Shown here one piece after another: positions 1-12,703 of a DNA stretch of 64,000 bases (position 1 is the stretch's first letter; the number at the start of each line of letters is the position of its first letter). The position numbers and the translations under genes are program-made. The DNA comes from an uncultured Gemmatimonadales bacterium (lineage in GTDB: Bacteria; Gemmatimonadota; Gemmatimonadetes; Longimicrobiales; Longimicrobiaceae). A model generated the notes under the pieces. That model saw only the letters and a list, made by a program, of their open reading frames with translations. It was not told where the DNA came from and made no database searches. The stretch covers positions 4,384,001-4,448,000 of the forward strand of contig OY970303.1 in the NCBI GenBank assembly GCA_963716255.1, in the 5' to 3' direction.

Positions 1-2
1 AG

Positions 3-185
3 GTCCTGAGCGGCACCTCCATGGCCGCCCCGCACGTGACCGGCGTGGCCGCCCTGTACCTCCAGAGCAACCCCACGGCGACGCCGCAGCAGGTGCGCGA
101 CGCCCTGGTCGCCAACTCCACCCCGAGCAAGGTCACCTCGCCCGGCTCCGGCTCTCCCAACCGGCTCCTCTTCAGCAGCTACTGA
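3..185 (+). CDS. S8 subtilisin-like serine protease, C-terminal fragment (gene starts before the window)
   Basis: Frame from nt 3 reads [19 protein letters not shown]...[11 protein letters not shown], containing the catalytic Ser motif GTSMA. Confidence 0.93.
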   Translation, partial: VLSGTSMAAPHVTGVAALYLQSNPTATPQQVRDALVANSTPSKVTSPGSGSPNRLLFSSY

Positions 186-301
186 GCGCAGTGAAGCAGT
201 ACCCGTCCTGCGCACGGCAGCGCGCGGGACGGTAGCGGCGCAGTCAGCCGCGCCGGGATGTCCCCGGCGCGCTGAGACCCCCCCCACCAGGGAAGAAGAC
301 C

Positions 302-1798
<1,497 letters not shown>

Positions 1799-1816
1799 TC
1801 CATTCCCTGGGCGCAA

Positions 1817-1854
1817 CGCTCCTCCCCGGACCCGCGCGGGTCCGGGGAGGAGCG
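1817..1854. terminator. Perfect 38-bp GC-rich palindrome after the protease gene (terminator or mRNA-stabilising hairpin)
   Basis: cgctcctccccggacccgc followed directly by its exact reverse complement; no clear U-tract. Confidence 0.6.
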
Positions 1855-1997
1855 GGCCCCTGGGCCCGAAAGAGGAGGACACGCTTCCGCACCCGGCTCG
1901 GAACCGGCCCCCACCAGGGGGAGAAGTGCCGCTTTGAACGCAGTCCCTCGTGGTAGACGTATCCAACCGTTCCACACCACAACGAGAGGCAAACACC

Positions 1998-3155
<1,158 letters not shown>

Positions 3156-3261
3156 GCTCCGGATCCGGCAGGACGGAGAGGGCCGCGGCGCACGCCGCGG
3201 CCCTCTTCGCATTTCCGTACCGGTTTGGTGCACCTCGCGCATCACCCGGGTTCGCCGGGCA

Positions 3262-3386
3262 GCACCATAATGGTGCGTGCGCCGCCGAATTGCACCAAAG
3301 CAGGACGTGGGCACTGTGTGAGCGCAAATGCAAACCGTTGCAGATAATATGTTTGGCGTTCGGTAGAGTTTGGCGCGGCACCTGCT
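3262..3386 (+). promoter_or_regulatory. Putative sigma-54 promoter with an upstream NtrC-type enhancer site
   Basis: TGGCGCGGCACCTGCT at 3371-3386 (GG-N10-GC); palindrome GCACCATAATGGTGC at 3262-3276; half-sites TGGTGCA (~3226) and TGCACCA (3291). Confidence 0.65.
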
Positions 3387-3441
3387 TTGGAGGGGGCGTC
3401 ACAACCCCGTTCGTGTCCCATTCCATTCCAGGAGTACACCC

Positions 3442-4761
3442 TTGAAGCGACTCGCCATCATCGCCGCCAGCGCTCTCGTACTGGCAGGCTGCCAGGACTC
3501 CAGCGACGTCCTCGCCCCCACCGCAACGGCGCCGGAAGCGGCTCCCTCGTTCAGCACCGCGGGGAACGGGGAGTACGTGTCCGGGCAGATCCTCGTCAAG
3601 TTCAGGAGCGGCGCGAACGGCGCCTCGGTGGCGTCGGCCCACGGCGGGAGCCTCAAGAAGGAGATCCTCGACCGGATCTTCGTGATGAAGGTCCCCGCCG
3701 GCCGCGAGCTGAACGTGATCTCCGCGCTCTCGCACAACCCGAACGTGGAGTTCGCCGAGCCCGACTACATCCGCACCTACGGGCTGCCGTGCTCGCTGGG
3801 CGACTGCGTGGCCCCGCTGGACACGTACTTCGGCTACAAGTGGGACCACAACAACGACGGCACGCTCAACACCACCACCGGCGCGCTGGTGGTGAACACC
3901 GGCAAGGTGGACGCCGACATCGACTGGCTCGAGGCCCACCAGCAGCTCGGCGCGTTCACGGGCGGCGCGGTGATCGCGATCATCGACACCGGCGTGTTCG
4001 GCGCGCACGTGGACCTCGCCGGGCGGGTGCTCCCCGGCTACGACTTCGTGAACAACGACGCCGACCCGGCCGACGACGACGGGCACGGCACGCACGTGGC
4101 GGGAATCGCGGCTGCGGGCGGCGACAACAACCTGGGCGTCACGGGTGTCGCCTACGGCCCCAACGTCAAGATCCTGCCGATCAAGGTGTGCGGCCCGAGC
4201 GGGTGCCCGAGCTCCGCCATCGTGAGCGGGATCCGCTACGCCGCCGACAACGGCGCCAACGTGCTCAACCTGAGCCTCGGCGGCCGCTTCGCCACCACCG
4301 CCGAGCAGCAGGCCCTGCAGTACGCCCTGAGCAAGGACGTGCTCCCGTTCTGCGCCACCGGCAACGACGGCTCGAAGACGGCCATCTCGTATCCGGCCAA
4401 GTTCCCGGAGTGCGTGGCGGTGGGCGCGACCGACTGGTTCGACACCAAGGCTTCGTATTCCAACGCCGGCAACGAGATCGACGTGTCCGCGCCCGGCGGC
4501 GACAACGAGAACGTCAACGGCTACAGCTACATCCTCTCCACCTACAACGACGGCGGCTACGGCTTCGTGGCCGGGACCTCCCAGGCGACCCCGCAGGTCA
4601 CCGGCCTCGGCGGGCTCCTGTACGCCACCGGGATGCGCGGCGCGGCCAACATCCGCGCCCGCATCGTGGCCACGGCGGACGACCTGGGCACCAGCGGGTG
4701 GGACAAGAGCTTCGGCGCCGGGCGCATCAACGTGTACCGCGCGATCAACAACCTCCGCTGA
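3442..4761 (+). CDS. S8 (thermitase/subtilisin-type) serine protease lipoprotein
   Basis: TTG start after GGAG; lipobox LAGC; IIDTG, HGTHV and GTSQATP motifs. Confidence 0.92.
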   Translation: MKRLAIIAASALVLAGCQDSSDVLAPTATAPEAAPSFSTAGNGEYVSGQILVKFRSGANGASVASAHGGSLKKEILDRIFVMKVPAGRELNVISALSHNPNVEFAEPDYIRTYGLPCSLGDCVAPLDTYFGYKWDHNNDGTLNTTTGALVVNTGKVDADIDWLEAHQQLGAFTGGAVIAIIDTGVFGAHVDLAGRVLPGYDFVNNDADPADDDGHGTHVAGIAAAGGDNNLGVTGVAYGPNVKILPIKVCGPSGCPSSAIVSGIRYAADNGANVLNLSLGGRFATTAEQQALQYALSKDVLPFCATGNDGSKTAISYPAKFPECVAVGATDWFDTKASYSNAGNEIDVSAPGGDNENVNGYSYILSTYNDGGYGFVAGTSQATPQVTGLGGLLYATGMRGAANIRARIVATADDLGTSGWDKSFGAGRINVYRAINNLR

Positions 4762-4945
4762 TCGCCGGAGGCGGGTGCGAACGGGCGGGCCGGGGGATGT
4801 CCCCGGCCCGCTCGCGCGTTGAAGCCGGTGCAGTGCAAGTAATTCCAGACACGGAGCATAAAGAGCGACACACATTGCGTGTGGGCTGTGCGAAACGTAT
4901 CTTGAGAATTCTCCTCATCGGCCACGGAACCGTACCAGACGTGCA

Positions 4946-6289
4946 TTGAAGGTACTCCTTCTCGACGCGGACCGCGCGGTCGTTCGAACGATCGAACCGG
5001 AGCTGAACGGCGCCCGGCTCCAGGCCGCGCACGGCCAGGCCGAGGGCCTGCGCATGCTCCGTGAAGGCGGATGGGACCTGATCCTGCTCGACGCGGGGTT
5101 CTCCGGGGCGGGGATGGAGCTGCTGCGGCGGCTCCGCGCGGACACCTCCACGCCGCCGGTGGTGCTGCTGACCGCCGAGCCCTCGGTGGACCTGATGCTG
5201 GAGGCGATCGGCGAGGGCGCGCACGAAGTGCTCCCCAAACCGGTGCAGCCGGGGATGCTGCGCGGCATCGTGCACTCCATCGCCCGCGCCGGGACGATCC
5301 GGCCGCTCTCCGCCGCGCCCGCGGTGGAGGACGCCATCGTGGGCTCCAGCCAGGAGATGCTCTCGGCGTTCTCGTCGGTGGCGCGCGCGGCGGCCAGCGA
5401 TGCGACGGTGCTGGTGCTGGGGGAGAGCGGAACGGGCAAGGAGATGATCGCCCGGGTCCTGCACGCCCGCTCGCGCCGGGCAAAGGGCGCTTTCGTGGCC
5501 ATCAACTGTGCGGCGATCCCCGAGAACCTGCTGGAATCGGAGCTGTTCGGGCACGAGAAGGGCGCGTTCACGGGCGCCATCGGCCGCCGGATCGGCCGGT
5601 TCGAGCGCGCGACCGGCGGCACGCTCTTCCTGGACGAGATCGGCGACATGTCGCTGGCCCTCCAGTCCAAGATCCTCCGCGCCCTGCAGGAGCGCGAGAT
5701 CGAGCGGGTGGGCGGCGAGGCGCCGGTCCCCATCGACGTGCGGATCGTCGCGGCCACCAACCGCGACCTCAAGGCCGCAGTGGACGAGGGCACCTTCCGC
5801 ACCGACCTGTACTACCGGCTGGCGGTGGTCACCCTGCACCTTCCCGCGCTGCGCGAGCGCGGCGAGGACATGGACCGGCTGGTGGAGCACTTCGTCGCGC
5901 AGTACGCCCGCCAGCACGGCAAGCCCATCCGCGGCATCTCCGAAGAGCTGTTCAAGGTGCTCCGCACCTACCGCTGGCCGGGGAACGTCCGCCAGCTCCG
6001 CAACGTAGTGGAGCGGGCGGTGGTGATGTGCAGCGGCGACGTCCTCCTCCCGCAGCACCTCCCCGGGGAGGTCTCGCAGCCGGCGCCCCGCACGCTGGAC
6101 GAGGACCTCGCGGAGGGGCCGCTCTGCACGCTCCAGGAGATGGAGCGGCGCTACATCCGCCGGGCCATCCGGGAGACGGGGAACAACCTGACGCTGGCGG
6201 CGGAGAGGCTTGGGATCCACCGCAACACGCTGCGACGGAAGATGGCCGAGTACGGGCTGGACCGTGGGATGATTTTTGCCGGGGAGTAG
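4946..6289 (+). CDS. Sigma-54-dependent response regulator (NtrC/AtoC family: REC-AAA+-Fis HTH)
   Basis: REC domain (DLILLD, LLTA, LPKP); GESGTGKE, GAFTGA, LFLDEIG, WPGNVRQL; C-terminal HTH LGIHRNTL. Confidence 0.95.
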   Translation: MKVLLLDADRAVVRTIEPELNGARLQAAHGQAEGLRMLREGGWDLILLDAGFSGAGMELLRRLRADTSTPPVVLLTAEPSVDLMLEAIGEGAHEVLPKPVQPGMLRGIVHSIARAGTIRPLSAAPAVEDAIVGSSQEMLSAFSSVARAAASDATVLVLGESGTGKEMIARVLHARSRRAKGAFVAINCAAIPENLLESELFGHEKGAFTGAIGRRIGRFERATGGTLFLDEIGDMSLALQSKILRALQEREIERVGGEAPVPIDVRIVAATNRDLKAAVDEGTFRTDLYYRLAVVTLHLPALRERGEDMDRLVEHFVAQYARQHGKPIRGISEELFKVLRTYRWPGNVRQLRNVVERAVVMCSGDVLLPQHLPGEVSQPAPRTLDEDLAEGPLCTLQEMERRYIRRAIRETGNNLTLAAERLGIHRNTLRRKMAEYGLDRGMIFAGE

Positions 6290-6506
6290 GGCCGTCCACT
6301 TCACATCGGCGGAGACGGTGACGGACCCCGCATCTTGCGATCGTTCATAGGTCTGCTTATCGTAACGGGTTGACAACTTCCTGCGCCGGTCGCCGGCCCG
6401 GTCAGAAGTCTGCCCGTGACGGCCTGCTTCGTAGTGGGACTCGCCCACGTGGTGTTGCCCTTCCGTAGTGGTCTCCGCCCAATCCCATTTTCCCGGAGGA
6501 GGTCCG

Positions 6507-7088
6507 ATGCATCGGATCGCAAGGAAGCTCGTCCCCGTGCTGGCACTTCTCGCCCTTTTCGCCGGCTCCGGCTGCGCGGACCGGGGGGTACCCACGGCGC
6601 TCGCGCCCGCCGCCGTGCCGTCCTTCGGCCAGGGGGGCTCGCCGAACCTCGACTCGATCGCGACCTTCCGGCAGCACCGGTCCGTCAGCATCGCGTGGGC
6701 CAAGAAGTGGATCGGCCCGGAGGGCGGGCGGCTCGACTTCAAGGGGTTCGCGATCGTCGTTCCCGCCGGGGCTGTGGACCGGGTGACGCAGTTCTCCATC
6801 ACCCTGCCGGTCGATCCGCACGGATCGGAGCACGTCGTCGCGGAGTTCGGGCCGCACAACCGGCAGTTCGCCCAGCCGGTCACCGTCGAGCTGCCTTTCC
6901 TGGGCACCTCCATCGAGGGAAGCGTGACGCCGACCATCGTCTCGTGGAACGACCTGTGGGTGGACAAGGGCGCGTCGCCCACCACGGACGGCCGGCGCCT
7001 GAAGACGCAGACGTATGACCTGACTACGTTCGCCACGAGCGACGTCTTCACGACGCGGGGTGGTTCAATAACCGTCTCGGGCGGCTGA
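6507..7088 (+). CDS. Lipoprotein with ZU5-like beta domain and Gly-rich C-terminal tail
   Basis: ATG after GGAGG; signal peptide ending FAGSGC; IGPEGG...VPAGAV...FGPH..QFAQPVTVELP pattern; ends RGGSITVSGG. Confidence 0.7.
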   Translation: MHRIARKLVPVLALLALFAGSGCADRGVPTALAPAAVPSFGQGGSPNLDSIATFRQHRSVSIAWAKKWIGPEGGRLDFKGFAIVVPAGAVDRVTQFSITLPVDPHGSEHVVAEFGPHNRQFAQPVTVELPFLGTSIEGSVTPTIVSWNDLWVDKGASPTTDGRRLKTQTYDLTTFATSDVFTTRGGSITVSGG

Positions 7089-7098
7089 ATCGAACGGG

Positions 7099-8418
7099 GT
7101 GGGCGTGAGTCGATCCGAAGCAACACTCGAAGAACTGTTCGCCGTCCTCCCCGAGCTGGAGGAGCTCGAGCTGCTGCGTCTCGCCCTCGTCGGGATCGCG
7201 ATCCTCGATCCCGCCAAGGAATGGGACAGCTCCAGCGCGTACGCGACGATCGACAAGCGAATCGTTACGCTGGACGGGATCGAGAGGGCGGTCGATGAAT
7301 CCGAGGAGAGCCTTCACCGGTACGTCGAGTCGCTGTTCGGGGGGCTCCGGCCGCTGGTCCGCGCCTACTGGTCGGGCGACAGCCTCCTCACCGTTCGTCA
7401 CCTGATCGAGCTGGGCGACCGGCAGGAGCAGGAAGGGCTGTACCGCAAAGCCCGCCACTGCTACGACGTCGCCCTGTCGCTCTCCCTGCCGCTCTCCGAC
7501 AAGTCCCTCCAGATCCTGGCTCTGCGCCGCATCGCGCGCGTTGCCTTCGCGCTGGGAGACCTGTACCAGGCGCAGGCGTACTACCAGCGCAGCGCCGAGC
7601 TCGCGCACGATTCGGGCAACGTCGAGAGCGAGATCATCGGCAGGACCGGGCTCGGCAACGTCCGGACTCTCCAGGGGCAGTGGGCCGAGGCGGAGCACTT
7701 CTACCGCACGGCGCTCGCGCTGGCCGATGGAATCGGGGACGACGGCGCCCTGCAGCTGGAGCGGGCGCAGCTGTACAACAACCTGGGCAACGTCTCCACC
7801 CGTCAGATGCACCTGGAGGAGGCGGAGGGGTGGTTCGAGAAGGCGCTCGCCCTGTGGGCCGTGATCCCGTCGGCATACGACCGGGCCGTCTGCCACCACA
7901 ACCGCGCGCTTCTCCGGGACGCGCACGGGCGGCGGGCCGAAGCCCGGGAGATCTACCTCCAGGCGCTCAACACTCCGATCCCCCCCGGTCTGTGGTCGGC
8001 GATCGCGATCGACCTCGCCGAGTCCCATCTCCGCGACGGGAACATGTCGCAGGCCGAGGAGTGGGGACGGGCGGCGGAGGAGCGGGCGATCGCGGCCCGG
8101 TCGCCGTACTTCCTGGGCCGGATGTACCACGGCCGGGGAAACATCGCGCGCGCGCAGGCGGACGAGGGCGGCTTCATCTTCTTCGAGAAGTCGCTCCAGA
8201 TCGCGCGGGAGAAGGGCTACCCGCTGCTCGAAGGCGAGACCCTGGTCGACTACGCGCTCCTCCGCGTCCAGACCGGCGGAACCGACGAGGCGCAGGCGTA
8301 CCTGGAGCGCGCCCGCGAGATCTTCCGCGAGCTGGGAGCGATGCACGAGCTGTCGCGCGCGGACATGGCGCTGCGCGACCTGCGCGGAGACCAGGAGCTG
8401 GCCGCTGCCGCCAGCTGA
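7099..8418 (+). CDS. Tetratricopeptide-repeat protein with no recognisable HTH or enzyme domain
   Basis: Repeated LGN...G.W.EA...Y..AL TPR motifs; starts 10 nt after the lipoprotein stop. Confidence 0.85.
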   Translation: MGVSRSEATLEELFAVLPELEELELLRLALVGIAILDPAKEWDSSSAYATIDKRIVTLDGIERAVDESEESLHRYVESLFGGLRPLVRAYWSGDSLLTVRHLIELGDRQEQEGLYRKARHCYDVALSLSLPLSDKSLQILALRRIARVAFALGDLYQAQAYYQRSAELAHDSGNVESEIIGRTGLGNVRTLQGQWAEAEHFYRTALALADGIGDDGALQLERAQLYNNLGNVSTRQMHLEEAEGWFEKALALWAVIPSAYDRAVCHHNRALLRDAHGRRAEAREIYLQALNTPIPPGLWSAIAIDLAESHLRDGNMSQAEEWGRAAEERAIAARSPYFLGRMYHGRGNIARAQADEGGFIFFEKSLQIAREKGYPLLEGETLVDYALLRVQTGGTDEAQAYLERAREIFRELGAMHELSRADMALRDLRGDQELAAAAS

Positions 8419-8440
8419 ACCGCTTCCGCGCAGACGCGCG

Positions 8441-8473
8441 AACGGCGAGCCCACGGGGCTCGCCGTTTTTTTT
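8441..8473 (+). terminator. Rho-independent terminator
   Basis: aacggcgagccc / gggctcgccgtt stem followed by a T-run. Confidence 0.85.
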
Positions 8474-8637
8474 GCCGCCGTTTGACTTTCCGGTACCCGG
8501 CGCGAAGATTGCGCGTCCTACCCACGATCGCAAGGAAACTCGTGAGCGGGCTCGCAGCGGGCCGGCGCCTTCCCGGCACCGGCGGGGGCGCGCTCCCGCC
8601 GCCTTTCCACAACCGGCCGTCCCCGGCCCGCAGCAAC

Positions 8638-10437
8638 GTGCCCCGACGACTTCGCGCTCCGCTCATCGCCGTCCCACTCGCGGCCTCGCTCTTCGCGGCC
8701 GCGGCGAGCGAGCCGTCGTCCGCGCAGCAGCACGACACCATTCCCGCCGCCGCCGACTCCGCCGCCGGGTGCGCCCGCATCTCTGAGTTGTTCGTCGACA
8801 ACCACCGCGTCTTCGACCCCACCGACTCCGATCTGGACCCGCGCTTCGCCTGGGCGTACGGCTTCGCCAACCGCCTGCACGTCGCCACGCGGGAAGCGGT
8901 GATCCGCCGGGAGATCCTGTTCCGCGAGGGGCAGTGCTACTCCACCGAGCTGCTGCTGGACTCCGAGCGCCTCCTCCGCACCACCTCCTTCATCGCCGAC
9001 GCGGACATCTACGGCATCCGCCAGCCCGACGGCAGCTACCACGTCATCGTGGACACCAGCGACGAGTGGTCCACCCGACTGGAGCCGCGCGTGGACGCGC
9101 GGGGCGGCGGGCTGGCCGGGATGGAGCTGCGCGAGGACAACCTGCTGGGCTCGGGGCAGCAGGTGGCGGCGTACTGGGGGGAGCAGTACGACGAGCCCAT
9201 CTACGGGGCGTCGTACGCCACGCCGCAGCTCCTGGGGACGCTGCTGGACGCCGAGCTGGCGGTGGCGAAGACCGCCAACGGGACCCTCTTCTCGCAGTCG
9301 CTGGCGTACCCGTTCCGCGGCGAGGCCGGGCACTGGGCGTGGCGGCAGCGGGTGGAGCACGAGGACCGCTACTTCGAGTACCTGGCCCCGGGCGATGACG
9401 GTCTGGTGCGGGTGCTCTTCCCCGAGCGCCGCCGGCTGATGGACGTGGGCGGGGTGCTCCGCCTGGGCCGAAGGGGGAGCCTCACCCTGCTGGGCGCCGC
9501 GCTCACGGGAGAGTGGATCATCTACCCGGGGGGAATGCGCTTCGCCGACCGCGACGAGGAGACCGGGACCAACGTGCCGCTGCTGGGGCTGACCCCGGCG
9601 AGCTTCGACACCGTTTCCAGCGTGCGGGCGGTGTTCCTGGCGGCGCAGCGGAGCGTGTATTTCGTCCGCCGCAGCTCGCTGGACGCGGTGCGGGGGGTCG
9701 AGGACGTGCGGATGGGCGTGGAGGCCGAGATCGCCGTGGGGCGCAGCCTCAGCGCCTTCTCCACCGACGACGACCTGTCGCTCAACCTGGGGCTGGAGAT
9801 GACCGGGGAGCCGGCACCGGGGCTGCTTTCCGGCGGGCAGCTTCTGTTGGAGGGGAAGCGCGACTACGGGGCGCCGCTGGGGAGCTGGGAGTGGCGCAAC
9901 GTCTTCGGGCAGGTGGACGCGTGGGCGTACTGGCGCCCCTCGCCGGAGTCGCGGCACACGCTGGTGGGCGCCTTTTCCGCGGCGGGCGGGTGGCGCACCA
10001 CCGTCCCCTTCCAGCTCACCCTGGGGAACCGCTCCGGGCTGCGCGGGCTGCCGCGGCACGCGGCCACCGGGTCGCGCCGGGCGGTGGCGTCGCTGGAGGA
10101 CCGCTTCTTTTTGGGATGGCCGTACCCGCAGCTGTTCGACCTGGGGGGCGCGGCGTTCGTGGACGTGGGGCGGAGCTGGGCGGGGGGGAGCTACGGCACG
10201 GACCCGCGCTTCCACGCCAGCGCAGGGGTGGGGCTGCGCGCCGCGTTCCCGCCGGGGTCGCGGCGCACCTACCGGCTGGACGTGGCGGTGCCGGTGGCGG
10301 GCGGCGGCGGCCTCGGCGACGTGGAGGTGTCCATCGGGGTGGGGCAGGCGATCGGGCGGGTGATGCGGGACGACCCGCAGATCCGGCGCAGCTCGAGGCG
10401 GACTCTGTCGGCGTCGCTGTTCACGTTTCCCAACTGA
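8638..10437 (+). CDS. Omp85/BamA-TamA-like outer-membrane protein with a POTRA-like N-terminus (start uncertain)
   Basis: Signal-like N-terminus from GTG 8638; HVATREAVIRREILF POTRA-like motif; LRG loop motif and terminal beta strands (FVDVGRSW, GVGLR). Confidence 0.7.
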   Translation: MPRRLRAPLIAVPLAASLFAAAASEPSSAQQHDTIPAAADSAAGCARISELFVDNHRVFDPTDSDLDPRFAWAYGFANRLHVATREAVIRREILFREGQCYSTELLLDSERLLRTTSFIADADIYGIRQPDGSYHVIVDTSDEWSTRLEPRVDARGGGLAGMELREDNLLGSGQQVAAYWGEQYDEPIYGASYATPQLLGTLLDAELAVAKTANGTLFSQSLAYPFRGEAGHWAWRQRVEHEDRYFEYLAPGDDGLVRVLFPERRRLMDVGGVLRLGRRGSLTLLGAALTGEWIIYPGGMRFADRDEETGTNVPLLGLTPASFDTVSSVRAVFLAAQRSVYFVRRSSLDAVRGVEDVRMGVEAEIAVGRSLSAFSTDDDLSLNLGLEMTGEPAPGLLSGGQLLLEGKRDYGAPLGSWEWRNVFGQVDAWAYWRPSPESRHTLVGAFSAAGGWRTTVPFQLTLGNRSGLRGLPRHAATGSRRAVASLEDRFFLGWPYPQLFDLGGAAFVDVGRSWAGGSYGTDPRFHASAGVGLRAAFPPGSRRTYRLDVAVPVAGGGGLGDVEVSIGVGQAIGRVMRDDPQIRRSSRRTLSASLFTFPN

Positions 10438-10452
10438 GGGCAGAATTTAGTG

Positions 10453-10606
10453 GAACGGATTGAAGGGCGAGGTTCGGGCGTGCCCCCGGCTGCGCCGGGG
10501 TCGGGCTTCGGCTCCGTAACGCACGAAACAACCGTGCGTAACGGAGTCGAGCCCGCGCAAACAGCCGCGCGGTCTCGCCCCTTCGGGCCGGAATCCCTCA
10601 CGCGGG
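10453..10606 (+). repeat. Dispersed structured repeat family A, copy 1
   Basis: GGGCGTGCCCCCGG...GGGCTTCGGCTCCGT...ACGGAGTCGAGCCC...AATCCCTCACGCG; near-identical copies near 19.7, 23.0 and 38.6 kb. Confidence 0.9.
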
Positions 10607-10622
10607 TTTCGCGCGTGCGGCG

Positions 10623-11981
10623 ATGAGCGTTCCGCTGAGGGTGTTCCGCGCCGGGTGGGTGCTGCCGGTGGCGGCGCCGCCGCTTCGCGACGGGGCGGTG
10701 CTGGTGGGGACGGACGGGAGGATCGCGGCGGTGGGGCCGCGGCTGTCCATCGAGCCGCCGGAGGGGGCCGAGGTGGTGGAGCTGGGCGATGCGGCGCTCC
10801 TCCCGGGGCTGGTGAACGTGCACGCCCACCCGGAGCTGGCGCTCTTCCGGGGGGGGCTGGAGGACCTGCGATTCCGCGACTGGATCCTGCGCCTCGTCGG
10901 CGCAAAACGCGCGGCGCTGACCGACGCCGACTACGACCTGGCGGCGCGCTGGGCGATGGTGGAGTCGCTGCGCGCGGGGATCACCACGCTGGCGGCCACG
11001 GAGATGTCCGGCGCTTCCGCGGGGGCGCTGCGCGAGGCGGGGATGCGCGGCATCGTCTTCCGCGAGACCTTCGGGCCGGACCCGGCGCAGGCGGAGGATT
11101 CCATCGCCGAGCTGCGCAGGGCGGTGGAGGAGCTGCGGCGCGGGGAGTCGGAGCTGGTGCGGGTGGGGATCTCCCCGCACGCGCCGTACACCGTCTCCGA
11201 CCGGCTCTTCGCGGCCGCGGCGGAGTACGCGCTCGCGGAGGGGCTGCCGGTGGCGGTGCACGCCGCGGAATCGGCGGCGGAGGACGACCTGGTGATCCGC
11301 GGGGACGGCGACTTCGCGCCGGGGCTTCGGGCGCGCGGCATCGACACCCCCGTGCGCGGGCGCTCCACCGTGGAGATGCTGGACCGGCTGGGGGTGCTGC
11401 GCACGCGGCCGCTGCTGATCCATTGCGTGCGCCTGGACGCCGCCGACGTGCTGCGCCTGGCCGACGCCGGGGCGGCGGTGGCCCACTGCCCGGTGGCCAA
11501 CGCGCGCCTGGGGCACGGCGTCGCTCCCGTCCCGGAGCTGAGGGAGGCGGGGGTGCGGGTGGGGCTGGGGACCGATTCGGTGGGGAGCAACAACCGCACG
11601 GACCTGCTGGAGGAGGCGCGTGTCGCTTCCATCCTGCACCGGGCCGGGCAGCGCAGCCCGGACTGCCTCCCGGCGGAGGAGCTGCTGCGCCTGTGCACCC
11701 TGGACGGGGCGCGGGCGCTGGGGCTGGACGACCGCATCGGCTCGCTGGAGCCGGGCAAGGACGCTGACCTGTGCGCCGTGTCGCTGGCGGCGCCGCACGC
11801 GCGGCCGGTGCACGACCCGCTGGCCGCCCTGTTCCACGCGGCGCGGGGCACGGACGTGGTCCTCGCCGCCGTGCGCGGCCGCATCCTCTTCCGGGACGGA
11901 CGGGTGCTGACGCTGGACGCCGACTCGCTGGGGGAGGCCGTGGACGCGGCGGCGGCGCGGCTGGGCGGGCACCTGCGGTGA
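10623..11981 (+). CDS. Amidohydrolase family protein (MtaD/SsnA-like deaminase)
   Basis: PGLVNVHAH, SPHAPY, VHAAES, LIHCV, GLGTDS and GSLEPGKDADL motifs. Confidence 0.9.
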   Translation: MSVPLRVFRAGWVLPVAAPPLRDGAVLVGTDGRIAAVGPRLSIEPPEGAEVVELGDAALLPGLVNVHAHPELALFRGGLEDLRFRDWILRLVGAKRAALTDADYDLAARWAMVESLRAGITTLAATEMSGASAGALREAGMRGIVFRETFGPDPAQAEDSIAELRRAVEELRRGESELVRVGISPHAPYTVSDRLFAAAAEYALAEGLPVAVHAAESAAEDDLVIRGDGDFAPGLRARGIDTPVRGRSTVEMLDRLGVLRTRPLLIHCVRLDAADVLRLADAGAAVAHCPVANARLGHGVAPVPELREAGVRVGLGTDSVGSNNRTDLLEEARVASILHRAGQRSPDCLPAEELLRLCTLDGARALGLDDRIGSLEPGKDADLCAVSLAAPHARPVHDPLAALFHAARGTDVVLAAVRGRILFRDGRVLTLDADSLGEAVDAAAARLGGHLR

Positions 11982-12703
11982 CGGCGCTCCCCCGCGCCCG
12001 CGGCGCCGAGCTGATGGACGAGCCGGAGGTGGACCGCCGCCAGCTCGCCACCAGCCTGGCGGACCTGCGGGGGGTGAACCGCTGGCTGGGGGGAACGCGC
12101 GTGGTGCTGCGCCACCTTGCCGCGATGGCGGCCGGACTCGCATCGGAGGAATTCACCGTGCTGGACGTGGGGACCGGCTCCGGCGACATCCCGCTTCACG
12201 TGGCGCGCTGGGCGCGCGGGCGGGGGCTGCGCGCGCGCGTGGTCGCCACGGACGCCCACGCGGGCACCCTGGCGCTGGCGCGCGAGCACGCGGAACGCGA
12301 CCCGGACGTGCGGGTGGAGCACGCCGACGCCCTGGCGCTGCCGTACGCGGACGGGGAGTTCGACTTCGCGCTCTGCTCCACTGCGCTTCACCACTTCGCA
12401 GACGACGACGCGGTCCGCGTCCTCCGCGAGCTGGACCGGGTGGCCCGCCGGGGCGTGGTCGTCAACGACCTGCGCCGCTCCCGCCCGGCGCTGCTGGGCG
12501 CGCGCCTCCTGGCCGCCACGGTGTGGCGCGCGCACCCGGTCACCCGCCACGACGGGCCGCTCTCCGTCCGCCGCGCCTTCACCCCGGGCGAGCTGCTGGA
12601 GCTGGGGCGGCGCGCGGGGATGCGCGGGGCGCGGGTGCACGCGCACCCTCCCTTCCGGGTGGCGCTGGTGGCGGACCGCACCCGCGGCCCGGCGGGGGTG
12701 TGA
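11978..12703 (+). CDS. Class I SAM-dependent methyltransferase
   Basis: GTG overlaps the upstream stop; ELMD...VNRWLGG, LDVGTGSGD, ALHHF and HDGPLSVRRAF. Confidence 0.88.
   Translation: MTALPRARGAELMDEPEVDRRQLATSLADLRGVNRWLGGTRVVLRHLAAMAAGLASEEFTVLDVGTGSGDIPLHVARWARGRGLRARVVATDAHAGTLALAREHAERDPDVRVEHADALALPYADGEFDFALCSTALHHFADDDAVRVLRELDRVARRGVVVNDLRRSRPALLGARLLAATVWRAHPVTRHDGPLSVRRAFTPGELLELGRRAGMRGARVHAHPPFRVALVADRTRGPAGV

Noticed and set aside
10453..10622. Riboswitch upstream of the amidohydrolase operon
   Set aside because: The same element occurs in both orientations and between convergent genes elsewhere, so it is not a gene-specific cis-regulator.
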